A stretch of DNA of 64,000 bases. Origin: Octopus sinensis (taxonomy: Eukaryota). A program made the translations under genes and the position numbers. Location of the stretch: positions 13,392,001-13,456,000 of the forward strand of contig NC_043012.1 of assembly GCF_006345805.1 (NCBI RefSeq). Reading direction: 5' to 3'. The notes under the pieces were generated by a model, which was not told where the DNA came from, did not search any database, and was given only the letters and a program-made list of their open reading frames with translations. Below are positions 24,600 to 36,243 of the stretch, in pieces; the stretch's first letter is position 1, and each line of letters begins with the position of its first letter.

Positions 24600-25477
24600 C
24601 CCTGTGTGGGGCTGTATATATGCACACTCACAATTCCGCAAACACACAGACATGCATTTATATGTATATATGTATGTCTATATGTGTGTATACATGAATA
24701 TACTACTAGACGTTGGTGTTGAAATATGAGCATATATTGAGTACTAAATTTTAATTGTTTGGCTGAATGAATTGTTTTTGCCAAGTGCTAGGTTCATCGA
24801 ATGGAATATCTATAATCCTTCTGCTCTTCACCTTATATGATACGCACTAATTTACTTGTGTATTCACTTATCGAAAATTTGATTGCTCGTTGTCTTTATT
24901 AATTGTAAAGCATTTTGTAAGAATTCATTCAATTAAACGTTATTTGTTCCTTTAACATTTGTAACTGTATTAAGTTTCGACCATGCTGAGACGACGCCTT
25001 TAACCTTGCGAGTTGCTTGAAATATCGACATTCAGATTCGTACTTATGAGCCGGAAACGTAGATAAACATATACCATTTCTCTTTCTCACTCTGACTCTC
25101 TCTCTCTCTATCTATCTATCTAACTCTCCCTCTCTCTCTCTATCTCTCTATCTCTCATGCTATCACTCTGTCGCTACCTCTCTCAATCTCCTTATTCATC
25201 ACCCTCTTGTACTATCTTATATCCCTACCCACCCTCATGCACCCAATAACACTAAAAAATGGTCAAAAGTTTTCCACAGGAACTTAGCTCAATTTGAAAA
25301 ATCCAACAGAATGGACGAAAGCGCTCTATATATGATATATGATATAAGTTATAAGATGTATATAAACATGTAATATACAAATAAATATCTGTAAATATAA
25401 AACCATCCGAATTTCTGAGTACCTCATTTCTTCTAATATAAAATACCTGTACATCACGTATATATATATATATATAT

Positions 25478-25518
<41 letters not shown>

Positions 25519-25558
25519 TATATATATATATATATAGATATATATATATATATATATC

Positions 25559-25618
<60 letters not shown>

Positions 25619-25713
25619 AAAAGGCCTCTAAAAGAAGAAGCAAGTACTAGATACACAAAAAGTGGATAAATTCAATGAAAGGAAAATCAAAACCGTTTAC
25701 AAACTCGGCTCAT

Positions 25714-25787
25714 CTTATACTGCAGCTTCGTCTTTTTTTTAGCAGAAAAAATATAATTTATCTGCCAAGGCTAGACTCTTCAGTAAG
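25714..25787 (-). ncRNA. Hammerhead ribozyme copy with a core mutation (GAAAC>GAAGC)
   Basis: Inverted copy of 26241-26316: CTTA-CTGAAGA-GTCT...AGAC-GAAGC-TGCA-GTA-TAAG. Confidence 0.5.
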
Positions 25788-26240
25788 CAGCCTTTGTTAT
25801 CCTAGAAGTACATATCGTTAGAAGCATGTGCGATTCTAACGACTTGCATTCTCTAACTTTTCAGACCGGTGCGCAGACGCAAAAACATACCCGGCTAACA
25901 GAGAGGATGCCGGTATAAGGTCTACGAGTAAATTTATCGAGTAATATGTAAACATAGTAAAAAGGGTAATAAAATAAATTATTATTACCAGTGATCTAGC
26001 ACAAAAGACAAATTAGTCATTAGACTATATGTTATTCATATATAAGTACATTAAAAGGCCTCTAAAAGAAGAAGCAAGTACTAGATACGCAGAAAGTGGA
26101 TACATTCAATGAAATGAAAATTAAAAACGTTATCCTAGAAGTACATATCGTTAGAAGCATGTGCGATTCTACCGACTTGCATTCTCTAACTTTTCCGACC
26201 AGTGCGCAGACACAAAAACATACCCGGCTAACAGAGGCTG

Positions 26241-26316
26241 CTTACTGAAGAGTCTAGCCTTGGCAGATAAATTATATTTTTCTGCTAAAAAAAAAAAGAC
26301 GAAACTGCAGTATAAG
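26241..26316 (+). ncRNA. Minimal type I hammerhead ribozyme with intact core
   Basis: Helix I CTTA/TAAG; core CTGAAGA; helix II GTCT/AGAC enclosing a GCAGA/TCTGC hairpin; GAAA; 2-bp helix III in palindromic ACTGCAGT; cleavage triplet GUA ending at 26312. Confidence 0.75.
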
Positions 26317-26507
26317 ATGAGCCGAGTTTGTAAACGTTTTTGATTTTCATTTCATTGAATTTACCCACTTTTTGTGTATCTAGTACTTGCTTCTTCTTTT
26401 AGAGGCCTTTTAATGTACTTATATATGAATAACATATAGTCTAATCACTAATTTGTCTTTTGTGCTAGATCACTGGTAATAATAATTTATTTTATTACCC
26501 TTTTTAC

Positions 26508-26584
<77 letters not shown>

Positions 26585-26585
<1 letters not shown>

Positions 26586-26778
26586 GTTAATCCAAACAAG
26601 AAAGCACAAAAAACACAACAACGCGAGGACGTGGAACAAATATAGTATTATTGGACGCTCAGGAAAGAAGGAGGGTTTAACGTTTCGAGCGGAGCTCTTC
26701 GTCGGAAACATAGGAGAAGGAAAGATCCAGAGAAGGGAAGACAGAGGAAAAGAAATCGCCAACGGTACACACGCGGTC
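26585..26778 (-). mobile_element. Second copy of the PLE-tail-like repeat (see 1565-1752)
   Basis: Homologous to 1565-1752; contains the hammerhead-like motif at 26675-26709. Confidence 0.55.
26675..26709 (-). ncRNA. Degenerate minimal hammerhead motif (U4>C)
   Basis: Minus strand reads GTTT-CCGACGA-A-GAGC-tcc-GCTC-GAAAC-GT-T-AAAC; helices I and II pair fully. Confidence 0.5.
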
Positions 26779-28083
26779 GTATGTATGTATGTATGTATAT
26801 GTGTATGTATATGTATAACGAGACACGGAGACAGAGTGAGGGAGACTGAGAGAGGAAGAGTGAGAGAGAGAAATGCTATATGTTTATGTATGCGTGTATA
26901 TGTATATATTTGTGAACAGATTACTTATCTATTTCCTTTTTATTAGTGTCTTTGCCTAATTTGCCTTTCATGCTTTCAGGTTCGATAAAACGAGTACCAG
27001 TTGAACACTGAGGTAATTGACTAATCGCCTTCCTCGAACGTGGTGGCCATGTGTCAAACATTCAATTAATAATTTGCATTCACATCACCACATACAAATT
27101 ATTCAAGCACAAACCATGTCTCTTTGTTTCGCCGCACTATTAAAGGCGTTTCCACCTTACTTATTGCTCTTCATGCATGTGTACACGCACAACACATTCC
27201 ACCTAGCTCCTGCCATGTGTTTTATCATAAAACTTATATGCCCCTACACTCACTTACCCCTGAATACATTTTCACCAAGTGGAACTAAAATTGTATTCAC
27301 AAACACCAACGGCTCCAGTCTTTGTTACGATCACAGTCATACTTCTACACTAGCGGATTATACGCATATAGTCACCATACTAACAAATGCCATATACCCT
27401 TATGTCCGCTTTTAGACAGAAACACCAAATTACAAGCATCTAAACATTAGCATTCCCATGGTAATTTTTGTGCATTCCTCTCCCCATATTCTCCTGAAGC
27501 TGTGCATTAGACATTTGATATTTTTTGTGGCTAATGTTCGTCCCTCGTGAATTTACTTCTGTTGTGACAATCGATTTAAACTTTAAACTTATTCATGCCG
27601 CCAAGTGTAATTTTAAATGAGGCTTGGCAATTTCACAAACGTACATGCATTCAAAATAAACTGAACTCTACCTGTTGAAATTATTTCGTAATAACTTTCT
27701 GAACAATAAAACTTTCTACAGATATAAAAGTTTCAACAAATAGGTTACAGTTTGCATAAATTACGAGCATATATTACGAGAATTCGCTGTGAAATGTTTA
27801 TTAGAGGAAGGCAGTCGAGAGTATTTTTGATAATTACCAAGCTGCAGAATTTGTTCCGCGTGCGTTTAGATGTTTTAGATTACATTGACAAAAAGAAATA
27901 CGTTGGATGACTATTCTACGCTTTTCTTTTTGGAAATTGTTCAATGTGTATGTCTTTTAAAATGTAATTTCTTAGGATTATAGCATGAGGAAGAGCGATA
28001 CCAAAAATTCCCCTCTGTAACTTATTTGCTTCAAACTATGCCGGAAACATAAGAAATTTTTATTTTATTATAAATGTTCATTT

Positions 28084-28836
28084 AGCGAGGTCCTTAAAAC
28101 ACAGATTCAGCCACAGATCTTATGACTTCATAATTAGTGCACAAAATGCACTTTTTAATCATCAGTGATGGCATAATGAAGACATAAAATTATGGTAGTT
28201 GTGACTTTAAGAGTCCCTTATAGCGTGTTACATTTATGTATAGTAATGCTCGTAATATAAATAAATATATCTAAAGAGAATAATTCAAAATTTCTCCCTT
28301 ATGAGGTTTTTCATGCTAACTACTTGATAAATTCTTATAAAGATCTTATCCTATTTTAAATTGAACCGGAATACATTCACTGCTGATTTATTCTGAATAT
28401 ACATGTGTACCAAGATGCAATTCGAAAAGCACGCATGTTACATAGATATATAAGAGTGAACAACGGTATGTACTATGATGGATACATTTGGTGTTCGTCT
28501 GGTATGCTGATTTTTTCTTCATTTTTTTATGTGCCCTTATTATGCCTGTACTGATGATTAAAAAGTGCACTTTGTGCACTAGTTATGAAATCATATGATC
28601 TGCGGCTGAATCTGTTTTTAAGGAGCTCGCTCCGAGAGTTGCATTCCCTCGCGATCTGTACACTATTAGTTATGGTAGTTTCGACTTTAAGCGTCTCTCA
28701 TAGCGAGCATTTATGAATAGTAATGCTCTTAATATAAATAAATATATTTATAGGGAATAATTAAAAATGTTTTCCTTATGCGGTTTTTCAGCTGACTACT
28801 TGATAAATTCTTATAACGATTTTATCCTCTTTAAAA
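28084..28836. repeat. Interleaved inverted repeat (28084-28181 / 28536-28631) and direct repeat (28191-28360 / 28671-28836)
   Basis: GCGAGGTCCTTAAAACACAGATTCAGCCACAGATC...TTTTTAATCATCAGT recurs reverse-complemented; TATGGTAGTT..GACTTTAAG...CTACTTGATAAATTCTTATAA recurs directly 480 bp later. Confidence 0.85.
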
Positions 28837-28871
28837 ATTTAATATATATATATATATATAAAGAAAGAATG

Positions 28872-28927
<56 letters not shown>

Positions 28928-28932
<5 letters not shown>

Positions 28933-28967
28933 TGGATTTGGTAAACGGAAGCGGAAAGAAGCCCGCC

Positions 28968-29042
<75 letters not shown>

Positions 29043-29250
29043 ATGTTTGTGTGTCTGTGTTTGTCCCCCCAACATCACTTGACAACTGATGCTGGTGCGC
29101 TTACCTCCTCGTAACTTAGCGGTTCGGCAAAACAAACCGATAGAATAAGTACTAGGCTTACAAAGAATAAGTCCTGGGGTCCATTTGCTCGACTAAAGGC
29201 GATGATCCAGCATGGCCACAGTCTGAAACAAGTAAAAGAGTAAAAGAGTA
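28928..29250 (+). mobile_element. SINE family A, 5'-truncated
   Basis: GAGTGGATTTGGTAAACGGAA...GAAGCC, then microsatellite, then the tail module. Confidence 0.75.
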
Positions 29251-29261
29251 TATATATATAT

Positions 29262-29339
<78 letters not shown>

Positions 29340-29424
29340 GTATGTATGTATATAATTAAAATCTTAGGGTAGCAAGAATATTTATCGAAAGAAATTCTTA
29401 GTTACCAGTGGTCTAGCGAGAAGG

Positions 29425-29469
<45 letters not shown>

Positions 29470-30941
29470 TATACACGTTCATATTCAATATAATATACAT
29501 ATGAAAAAAATCATATTAAATATATTAAATGTATGGGCAAATAAATTCAAAACTGAATCATTCTGTAGCCCATCACTCGCTATATGTTCATTACGTTTAG
29601 GCTGTGTATTGGTGTGGTAATTTGCAACAAAATTTCTCTCCTGAAACCAAATGACGATACATGAAAACAGATTTCTTATCAACATTTAATATATTACCAT
29701 TTTCAGGTTCTAAATTGGTAAAATAACTTATGTTCTTAACAATGCCAATTAAGTTTAATATTACGTGAATTTCAGTTGAAATATCTTTCACACTTATATA
29801 ATTATCTATGTTGTATATGTAGTAGTTGCCTTGTTCATACAGTCAGCTTTAGAAGTGAAGTCTTGTCGACGTTGATTTGATCGCAGTTGAGAAACAACTT
29901 ATTACCTGGTATATGAGGTTTGTTCCTGATAAATTTCATTTTGTAGTTGAGTTTTATCAACTCATCTTATGAATCACCCAATAAAAATATCATGGAAAAT
30001 ATAAAATATAGGAAATAAGCTGTGGTACAATTTATGTCTACAGTACACCATATATTAAACAAAATTATATTAAATCTATATTAAAATTGAACGACAGTAA
30101 ATGGGGATTAGCATGCCAGTCTAAGCTATGAATTGTATGTGTTCATACAAACATTTGATTAAATAATGATTTACTATCTTCATAAGGAGCACTCATTTAG
30201 AGCTGGATATCTTTCAAAGACTTGAAGAATATTCATTATATACATGTAACAAAACTCTTTTAGAATATACTACTGTTACACGTTTCTCTTCTTTTCTAAT
30301 GCGCAAAGTACCAAATGTAATCACTTGAATCGGCAGTATTACACACCGAATATTCAATATGATAAAAGATAAGATTTTTCATCATTCGTGAACGAGATAA
30401 GAAGACCAATGAAAAATACTAGCTCCTATATAGTGCTTCATTTATCTATCTATATTCATAGTAAAATAAATACTTTGAAAAGGTGAAATTCATTCTAACA
30501 ATGTCTGGCAACTTATAGGCTCTGTACAGATACAGAAGATTTTATGTGTATATTACCAGAATCTTAGGAAATATTATTTGATGAATGAAACAATCTTTAC
30601 ATTAACTTAATATATTTTCGTTTCGTTTCACAATAGTCTGTTATTTTACAATTGTTAAGAGTGTTTTGTGCATTCATTTCGTGCAGTAGTATTCTGTAAT
30701 TATCAGTTGTTGCTCCTGGCTAAAACCAAACTATTTTGTAGACGTTGACATTAGTCAAGAAACCAAGGAATTAATACTATTTTGATGAAAGAATCACCAA
30801 GAATATGCAGCCATATTTCATTAAACTATGCAAACAAATGATATGATTATTTTTCAGTGGATCGTCTAAAGATTTTGTATTGTTGTATTATTTGTTCCTA
30901 TACATGGTGTGAGCTGAAGGGAAAATTGCTAACTTTATATA

Positions 30942-31153
30942 CGAAGATGTGCTGAAATGTTCCTGGCTTTAATGGCATTGCGAAAGGCGTGGTTCGAGGC
31001 CCAACTTTTCGCGTTCTTTTACAGGGCTTAGAAGAACAGAAGCATCACCGCAATGCGTATCTGAGAGGGGAATATGTTTTTATAAAATCATAAATATTTG
31101 ATCCTCCTGTATGTTCTTTTACCCAACGCCAGGAGCTTTTCAGCAACACCACG
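30942..31153. mobile_element. Mariner-type MITE
   Basis: Imperfect TIRs CGAAGATGTGCTGAAATGTTCCTGGC and GCCAGGAGCTTTTCAGCAACACCACG, TA on both sides, 212 bp. Confidence 0.65.
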
Positions 31154-32328
31154 TAGATCAGGCTGATGCTTTAGTAATACTAAATAGAATGGAAAAATTA
31201 TGAAAGTGGGTTTTGTTTGATATGCTAATTGAACATCCTCTCTATTCAGCAAATCTATAAGAGGATATGAGGTTAGCGCAATGAAGATACATGGAGGGTT
31301 GATCGATTAGTCCGAAAATGCAACACATTCCTCTGACAACTCTATTGCATATTAGAGTTGTTAAGTGTAGAAAACATGAAAGAGAAGTTATTTCTTCATA
31401 TTTCACAATAATTCAATAAAATCAGGGTGTTTAAAATCAAGCGCAGTGCAATTTATCAAAAACATATACAAATCCTGACATATCAAAATTACAATAAAGT
31501 ATTTCTACCACACGTGTATATTAAATAAAAACAGTAATAAAGCAATTTGCACGAATTTGTCGTCATTTTAGATGGATATATTACTATAAATTTACGCAAG
31601 ACATCATACATTTCCACTAACGTTTTCATATTTACTTTGGAATTCAGTTTTGTTTACTTATTATCTTATTCATAACTGGGTTCTCTTTCAAGTAAATGTC
31701 TTATTGACGGCCTGGCTAAGTCGAAGAATATTATTATCTCCACATATTTTGACTTAGCTGATGTTCCGAAATAAAGGCATATCTTGTTTAGGCAGGCTGC
31801 CTAAATTGACAAGCGACTATGGCATGTGTGTTTTTAGAACATTTAGAAAGAAGAAAAGTTATATAAATGAAGTGAAATGTTCCTCTTTCTTCTATATCTT
31901 ACATGTCATCGGTACCGCGATAATTCTAAAAATATTAATCAAGTCTCTCTCAAACCACACTGTGGCATCTTACAAACAAATGAACAGATGTATTCAGAAT
32001 CTAATATATCTAAGCTCAAATGCTACGATGGTTACGCCCAGAATTTGTTTACACCTAGGCCTGGTAGATCAGAAGCTAATATTGATTACAAAGGAAGAAC
32101 AACCGACGCCGAAACCTGGCATTTGTGTAACTATTAAAGGTAGCATATCACACAAATACAGACAGAATAGTGGGATATCAAAAGAGCTGTCAGTTCTAGT
32201 TGGTGTAAATGTTTAATGCTTTGTGTCACATTAACGGTAGTTAAATTAATTACTACTTCAGCATGAGTCGACAAGGATTATTGGAATACTAGCAGTATCG
32301 CCCGGCGTTGCTCGGGTTTGTAAGGGAA

Positions 32329-35300
32329 GATCTCTTTCGGCACCATCTTTGATCTTTTTCGGCACACTCTTTGATCTCTGTCGGCACCTCCTTTGATCTC
32401 TGTCGGCACCACTCTTTGATCTCTGTCGGCACCCATCTTTGATCTATGTCGGCATCCCCTTTGATCTCTGTCGGTACATCCTTTGATCTCTGTCGGCACC
32501 CCTCTTTGATCTCTTTCGGCAACCCTTTGGTCTCTCTCGGCACCCCTCTTTGATCTCTGTCGGCACCCCTCTTTGATCTCTGTCGGAACCCCTTTGATCT
32601 CTGTCGGCACCCCTCTTTGATCTCTGTCGGCACCCCTCTTTGATCTCTGTCGGCACCCCTTTGATCTCTGTCGACACCCCTCTTTGATCTCTGTCGGCAC
32701 CCCTCTTTGATTTCTGTCGGCACCCCTCTTTGATCTCTGTCGGAACCCCTCTTTGAACTCTGTCGGCACCCTCTTTTATCTCTGTAGGTACCTGTCGGCA
32801 CACCCCTCTTTGATCTCTGTCGGTACCCCTCTTTGATCTATGTCGGCACCCCTTTGATCTCTGTCGGCACCCCTCTTTGATCTCTGTTGGCACCACCTTT
32901 CATCTCTGTCGGCACCCCCTTTGATCTCTGTCGGCACCCCATTGATCTCTGTCGGCACCCTCTTTTATCTCTGTCGATACCCCTCTTTAATCTCTGTCGG
33001 TACACTTTTTGATCGCTTTCGGCACCCCTCTTTGATCTCTGTCGGCACCCCCTTTGATCTCTGTCGGCACCCCCTTTGATCTCTGTCGGCACCCCCTTTG
33101 ATCTCTGTCGGCACTCCCTTTGATCTCTGTCGGCCACCCCCCCTTGATCTCTGTCGGCACCCCTTTTTGATCTCTGTCGGCACCCCTCTTTGATCTCTGT
33201 CGGCACCTCTTTGATCTCTGTCGGCCGCCCTTTGATCTTTGTCAGCACCCATCTTTGATCTCTGTCGGCAACCCCCCTTTGATCTCTGTCGGCACCTCTT
33301 TGATTCTGTCGATACCTCCTTTGATCTCTGTCGGCACCACTTTGATCTCTGTCGGCACCCCTCTTTGATCTCTGTCGGCACGCCTTTGATCTCTGTCGGC
33401 ACCCTCTTTGATCTCTGTCGGCACCCCCTTTGATCTCTGTCGGCACCCCTCTTTGATTTCTGTCGGGACCCTCCTCCTTTGATCTCTGTCGGCACCCCTC
33501 TTTGATCTCTGTCGGCACCCCTCTTTGATCTCTGTCGGCACCCCTTTGATCTCTCTCACACCCCTTTTGATCTCTGTCGGCACCCTCTTTGATCTCTCTC
33601 GGCAACCCTCTTTGTCTCTTCTCTGTCGGCACCCCTTTGATTTCTGTCGACACCCTTTTTGATCTCTGTCGGCACCCCTCTTTGATCTCTGTCGGCAACC
33701 CCTCTTTGATCTCTGTCGGCACCCCTTTGATCTCTGTCGACACCCCTCTTGATCTCTGTCGGCACCCTCTTTGATTTCTGTCGGCACCCCTCTTTGATCT
33801 CTGTTGGAACCCCTCTTTGATCTCTGTCGGCACCCTCTTTTATCTCTGTAGGCACCTGTCGCACACCCCTTTGATCTCTGTCGGTACCCCTCTTTGATCT
33901 ATGTCGGCACCCCTTTGATCTCTGTCGGCACCCCTCTTTGATCTCTGTTGGCACCACCTTTCATCTCTGTCGGCACCCCCTTTGATCTCTGTCGGCACCC
34001 CATTGATCTCTGTCGGCACCCTCTTTTATCTCTGTCGATACCCCTCTTTAATCTCTGTCGGTACCCTTTTTGATCGCTTTCGGCACCCCTCTTTGATTTC
34101 TGTCGGCACCCCCTTTGATCTCTGTCGGCACTCCCTTTGATCTCTGTGCTCCCTCTGATCTCTGTCGGCACCCCTCTTTGATCTCTGTTGGCACCCCTTT
34201 GATCTCTGTCGACACCCTCTTTGATCTCTGTCGATACCCCTCTTTGATCTCTGTCGGCACCCTCTTTGATCTCTGTCGGCACCCTCTTTGATTCCTCTCG
34301 GCACCCCTCTTTGATCTCTGTCGGCACCCCTCTTTGATCTCTGTCGGCACCCCTTTGATCTCTGTCGGCACCCTATTTGATCTCTATCGGCACCCCTCTT
34401 TGATTTCTGTCGGCACACCCATTGATCTCTGTCGGTACCACTCTTTGATCTCTGTCGACACCCTCTTTTATCTCTGTCGATACCCCTCTTTGATCTCTTT
34501 CGGCACCCTCTTTGATCTCTGTCGGCACCCCTCTTTGATCTCTGTCGGCACCCCCTTTGATCTCTGTCGACAACCCTTTTTGATCTCTGTCAGCACCCCT
34601 CTTTGATCTCTGTCGGCACTCTCTTTGGTCTCCCTCGGCCTCCCCTTTGATCTCTGTCGGCACCCCTCTTTGATCTCTGTCGGCACCCCTCTTTGATCTC
34701 TGTCGACACCCCTCTTTGATCTCTGTCGGCACCCCCTTTGATCTCTCTCAGCACCCCTTTGATCTCTGTCAGCACCCCTCTTTGATCTCTGTCGGCACCC
34801 CTCTTTGATCTCTGTCGGCACCCTCTTTGATTCCTGTCGGCACCCCTCTTTGATCTCTGTCGGCACCCCTCTTTGATCTCTGTCGGCCCCCTCTTTGATT
34901 GCTGTCGGCACCCCTCTTTGATCTCCGTCGGCACCGCCTTTGGTCTCTGTCGGCACCCTCTTTGATCTCTGTCGCACACCCCGGACCCCTCTTTGATCTC
35001 TGTCGGCCCCCTTTGATCCCTGTCAGCACCCCTCTTTGTCTCTGTCGGCACCCACTTTGATCTTGTCGGCACCCTTTTTAACCTCTGTCGGCACCCCTCT
35101 TTGATCTCTGTCGGCACCCCCTTTGATCTCTGTCGGCACCCCTCTTTGATTTCTGTCGGGACCTCCTTTGATCTCTGTCGGCACCCCTCTTTGATCTCTG
35201 TCGGCACCCCTTAGATCTATGTCGGCACCCTATTTGATCTCTGTCGGCACCCCCTTCGATCTCTGTCGACACCTTCTTTGATCTCTGTCGGCACCCCTCT

Positions 35301-35356
35301 TTGATCTCTGTCGGTACCCCTCTTTGATCTCTGTCGGCACCCCTCTTTGATCTCTG
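32329..35356. repeat. Minisatellite, consensus CTTTGATCTCTGTCGGCACCCCT (23 bp, variants 21-24 bp), about 130 units
   Basis: Direct reading; copy number estimated as length divided by unit size. Confidence 0.97.
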
Positions 35357-35519
35357 AGGCCTTGAATGGTGTAAAGCAATCTTGTTATCAGGTCTGACGT
35401 TCATCAAAACATATATTAATGAAATATTATAACCTAAGCAATGGGATACATTACCGTAACTACATTTATTTATGCACATACACACACTGCGAAATTGGGA
35501 GAGAATATATATATATAAT

Positions 35520-35893
35520 GGCGCAGGAGTGGCTGTGTGGTAAGTAGCTTGCTAACCAATCACATGGTTCCGGGTTCAGTCCAACTGCGTGACATCTTGG
35601 GCAAGTGTCTTCTACTATAGCCCCGGGCCGACCAATGACTTGTGAGTGGATTTGGTAGACGGAAATTGAAAGAAGCCTGTCGTATATATGTATGTGTATA
35701 TATGTATATGTGTGTGTTTGTGTGTCTGTGTTTGTCCCCCTAGCATTGCGTCCCCGTTACCTAGCGGTTCGGCAAAAGAGACCGATAGAATAAGTACTGG
35801 GCTTACAAAGAATAAGTCCCGGGGTCGATTTGCTCGACTAAAGGCGGTGCTCCAGCATGGCCGCAGTCAAATGACTGAAACAAGAAGAAGAAT
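35520..35893 (+). mobile_element. Full-length tRNA-derived SINE, family A
   Basis: Head GGCGCAGGAGTGGCTGTGTGG (A box) and GGTTCAGTCC (B-box-like), central (TG)n, and tail module ending GAAACAAGAAGAAG. Confidence 0.88.
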
Positions 35894-36243
35894 GTAAGCA
35901 TTTTCAGAGTGTTATAGCCAAAAAATAGCTAAAAAATGCATTAAAATTGGAAAAAAAATTATCGTAAATTTTTTTTAAATCGTTGACTCATCGTAGACAT
36001 TTTTAGAGAGTTACTTCCCTTATATAATAGCGAAAAAAATGCATTAAAATGGAAAAACATGATGGTAATTTTTTTTTAATCGTAGACTCATCGTAGACGC
36101 GCGCTAATACCCGGAAGGGCTCGATATGAATCACGACTATAAGATACCTGCTTTTGGTTACACTGCACCGCAAAATGTGGGAGTAGTTAGGAATCTAAAT
36201 CGTAGGAGACAGACACACAACTTCACTTTTATATATATATATA

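Larger units (their letters stand above)
25617..26512. mobile_element. Folded-back, internally duplicated repeat (Penelope-like pseudo-LTR style)
   Basis: Block order is A(25617-25793) B(25796-25902) C(25952-26050) A-part(26051-26128) B(26129-26235) A-revcomp(26234-26413) C-revcomp(26414-26512), flanked by (TA)n on both sides. The PLE origin is inferred. Confidence 0.8.
32289..36243 (-). mobile_element. Non-autonomous Helitron carrying a 3-kb minisatellite and a SINE
   Basis: Minus-strand 3' end with hairpin CCCG/CGGG and CTAG|T at 32289; 5' region TATATATAAAAGTGAAGTTGTGTGTCTGTCT at about 36243; 3' region shared with the Helitron at 36244. Confidence 0.7.

Noticed and set aside
24990-25080. 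CTTATGAG-CC-GGAAACGTA as another hammerhead
   Set aside because: The core is mutated and helices I and II cannot be formed.
29597-29842. Minus-strand VKDISTEIHVILNLIGIV resembling the CR beta1 strand (possible third receptor pseudogene)
   Set aside because: No RP, WxD..W, Cys-loop or TM motifs in any frame downstream; chance similarity.
31761-32216. 151-aa and 86-aa ORFs next to the array
   Set aside because: No recognisable domain or CR motifs; length is within chance expectation.
32329-35356. CRISPR array, or a repeat protein (PTEIKEG/ADRDQRG ORFs)
   Set aside because: No unique spacers and eukaryotic context; frames shift constantly with unit-length variation, so the ORFs are incidental.
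32329-35356. G-quadruplex array on the minus strand
   Set aside because: Only one G-run per 23 bp, so loops of about 19 nt; possible but weakly supported.
35520-35600. tRNA gene
   Set aside because: The A/B-box head continues into SINE body and tail and has many decayed copies; no complete cloverleaf.
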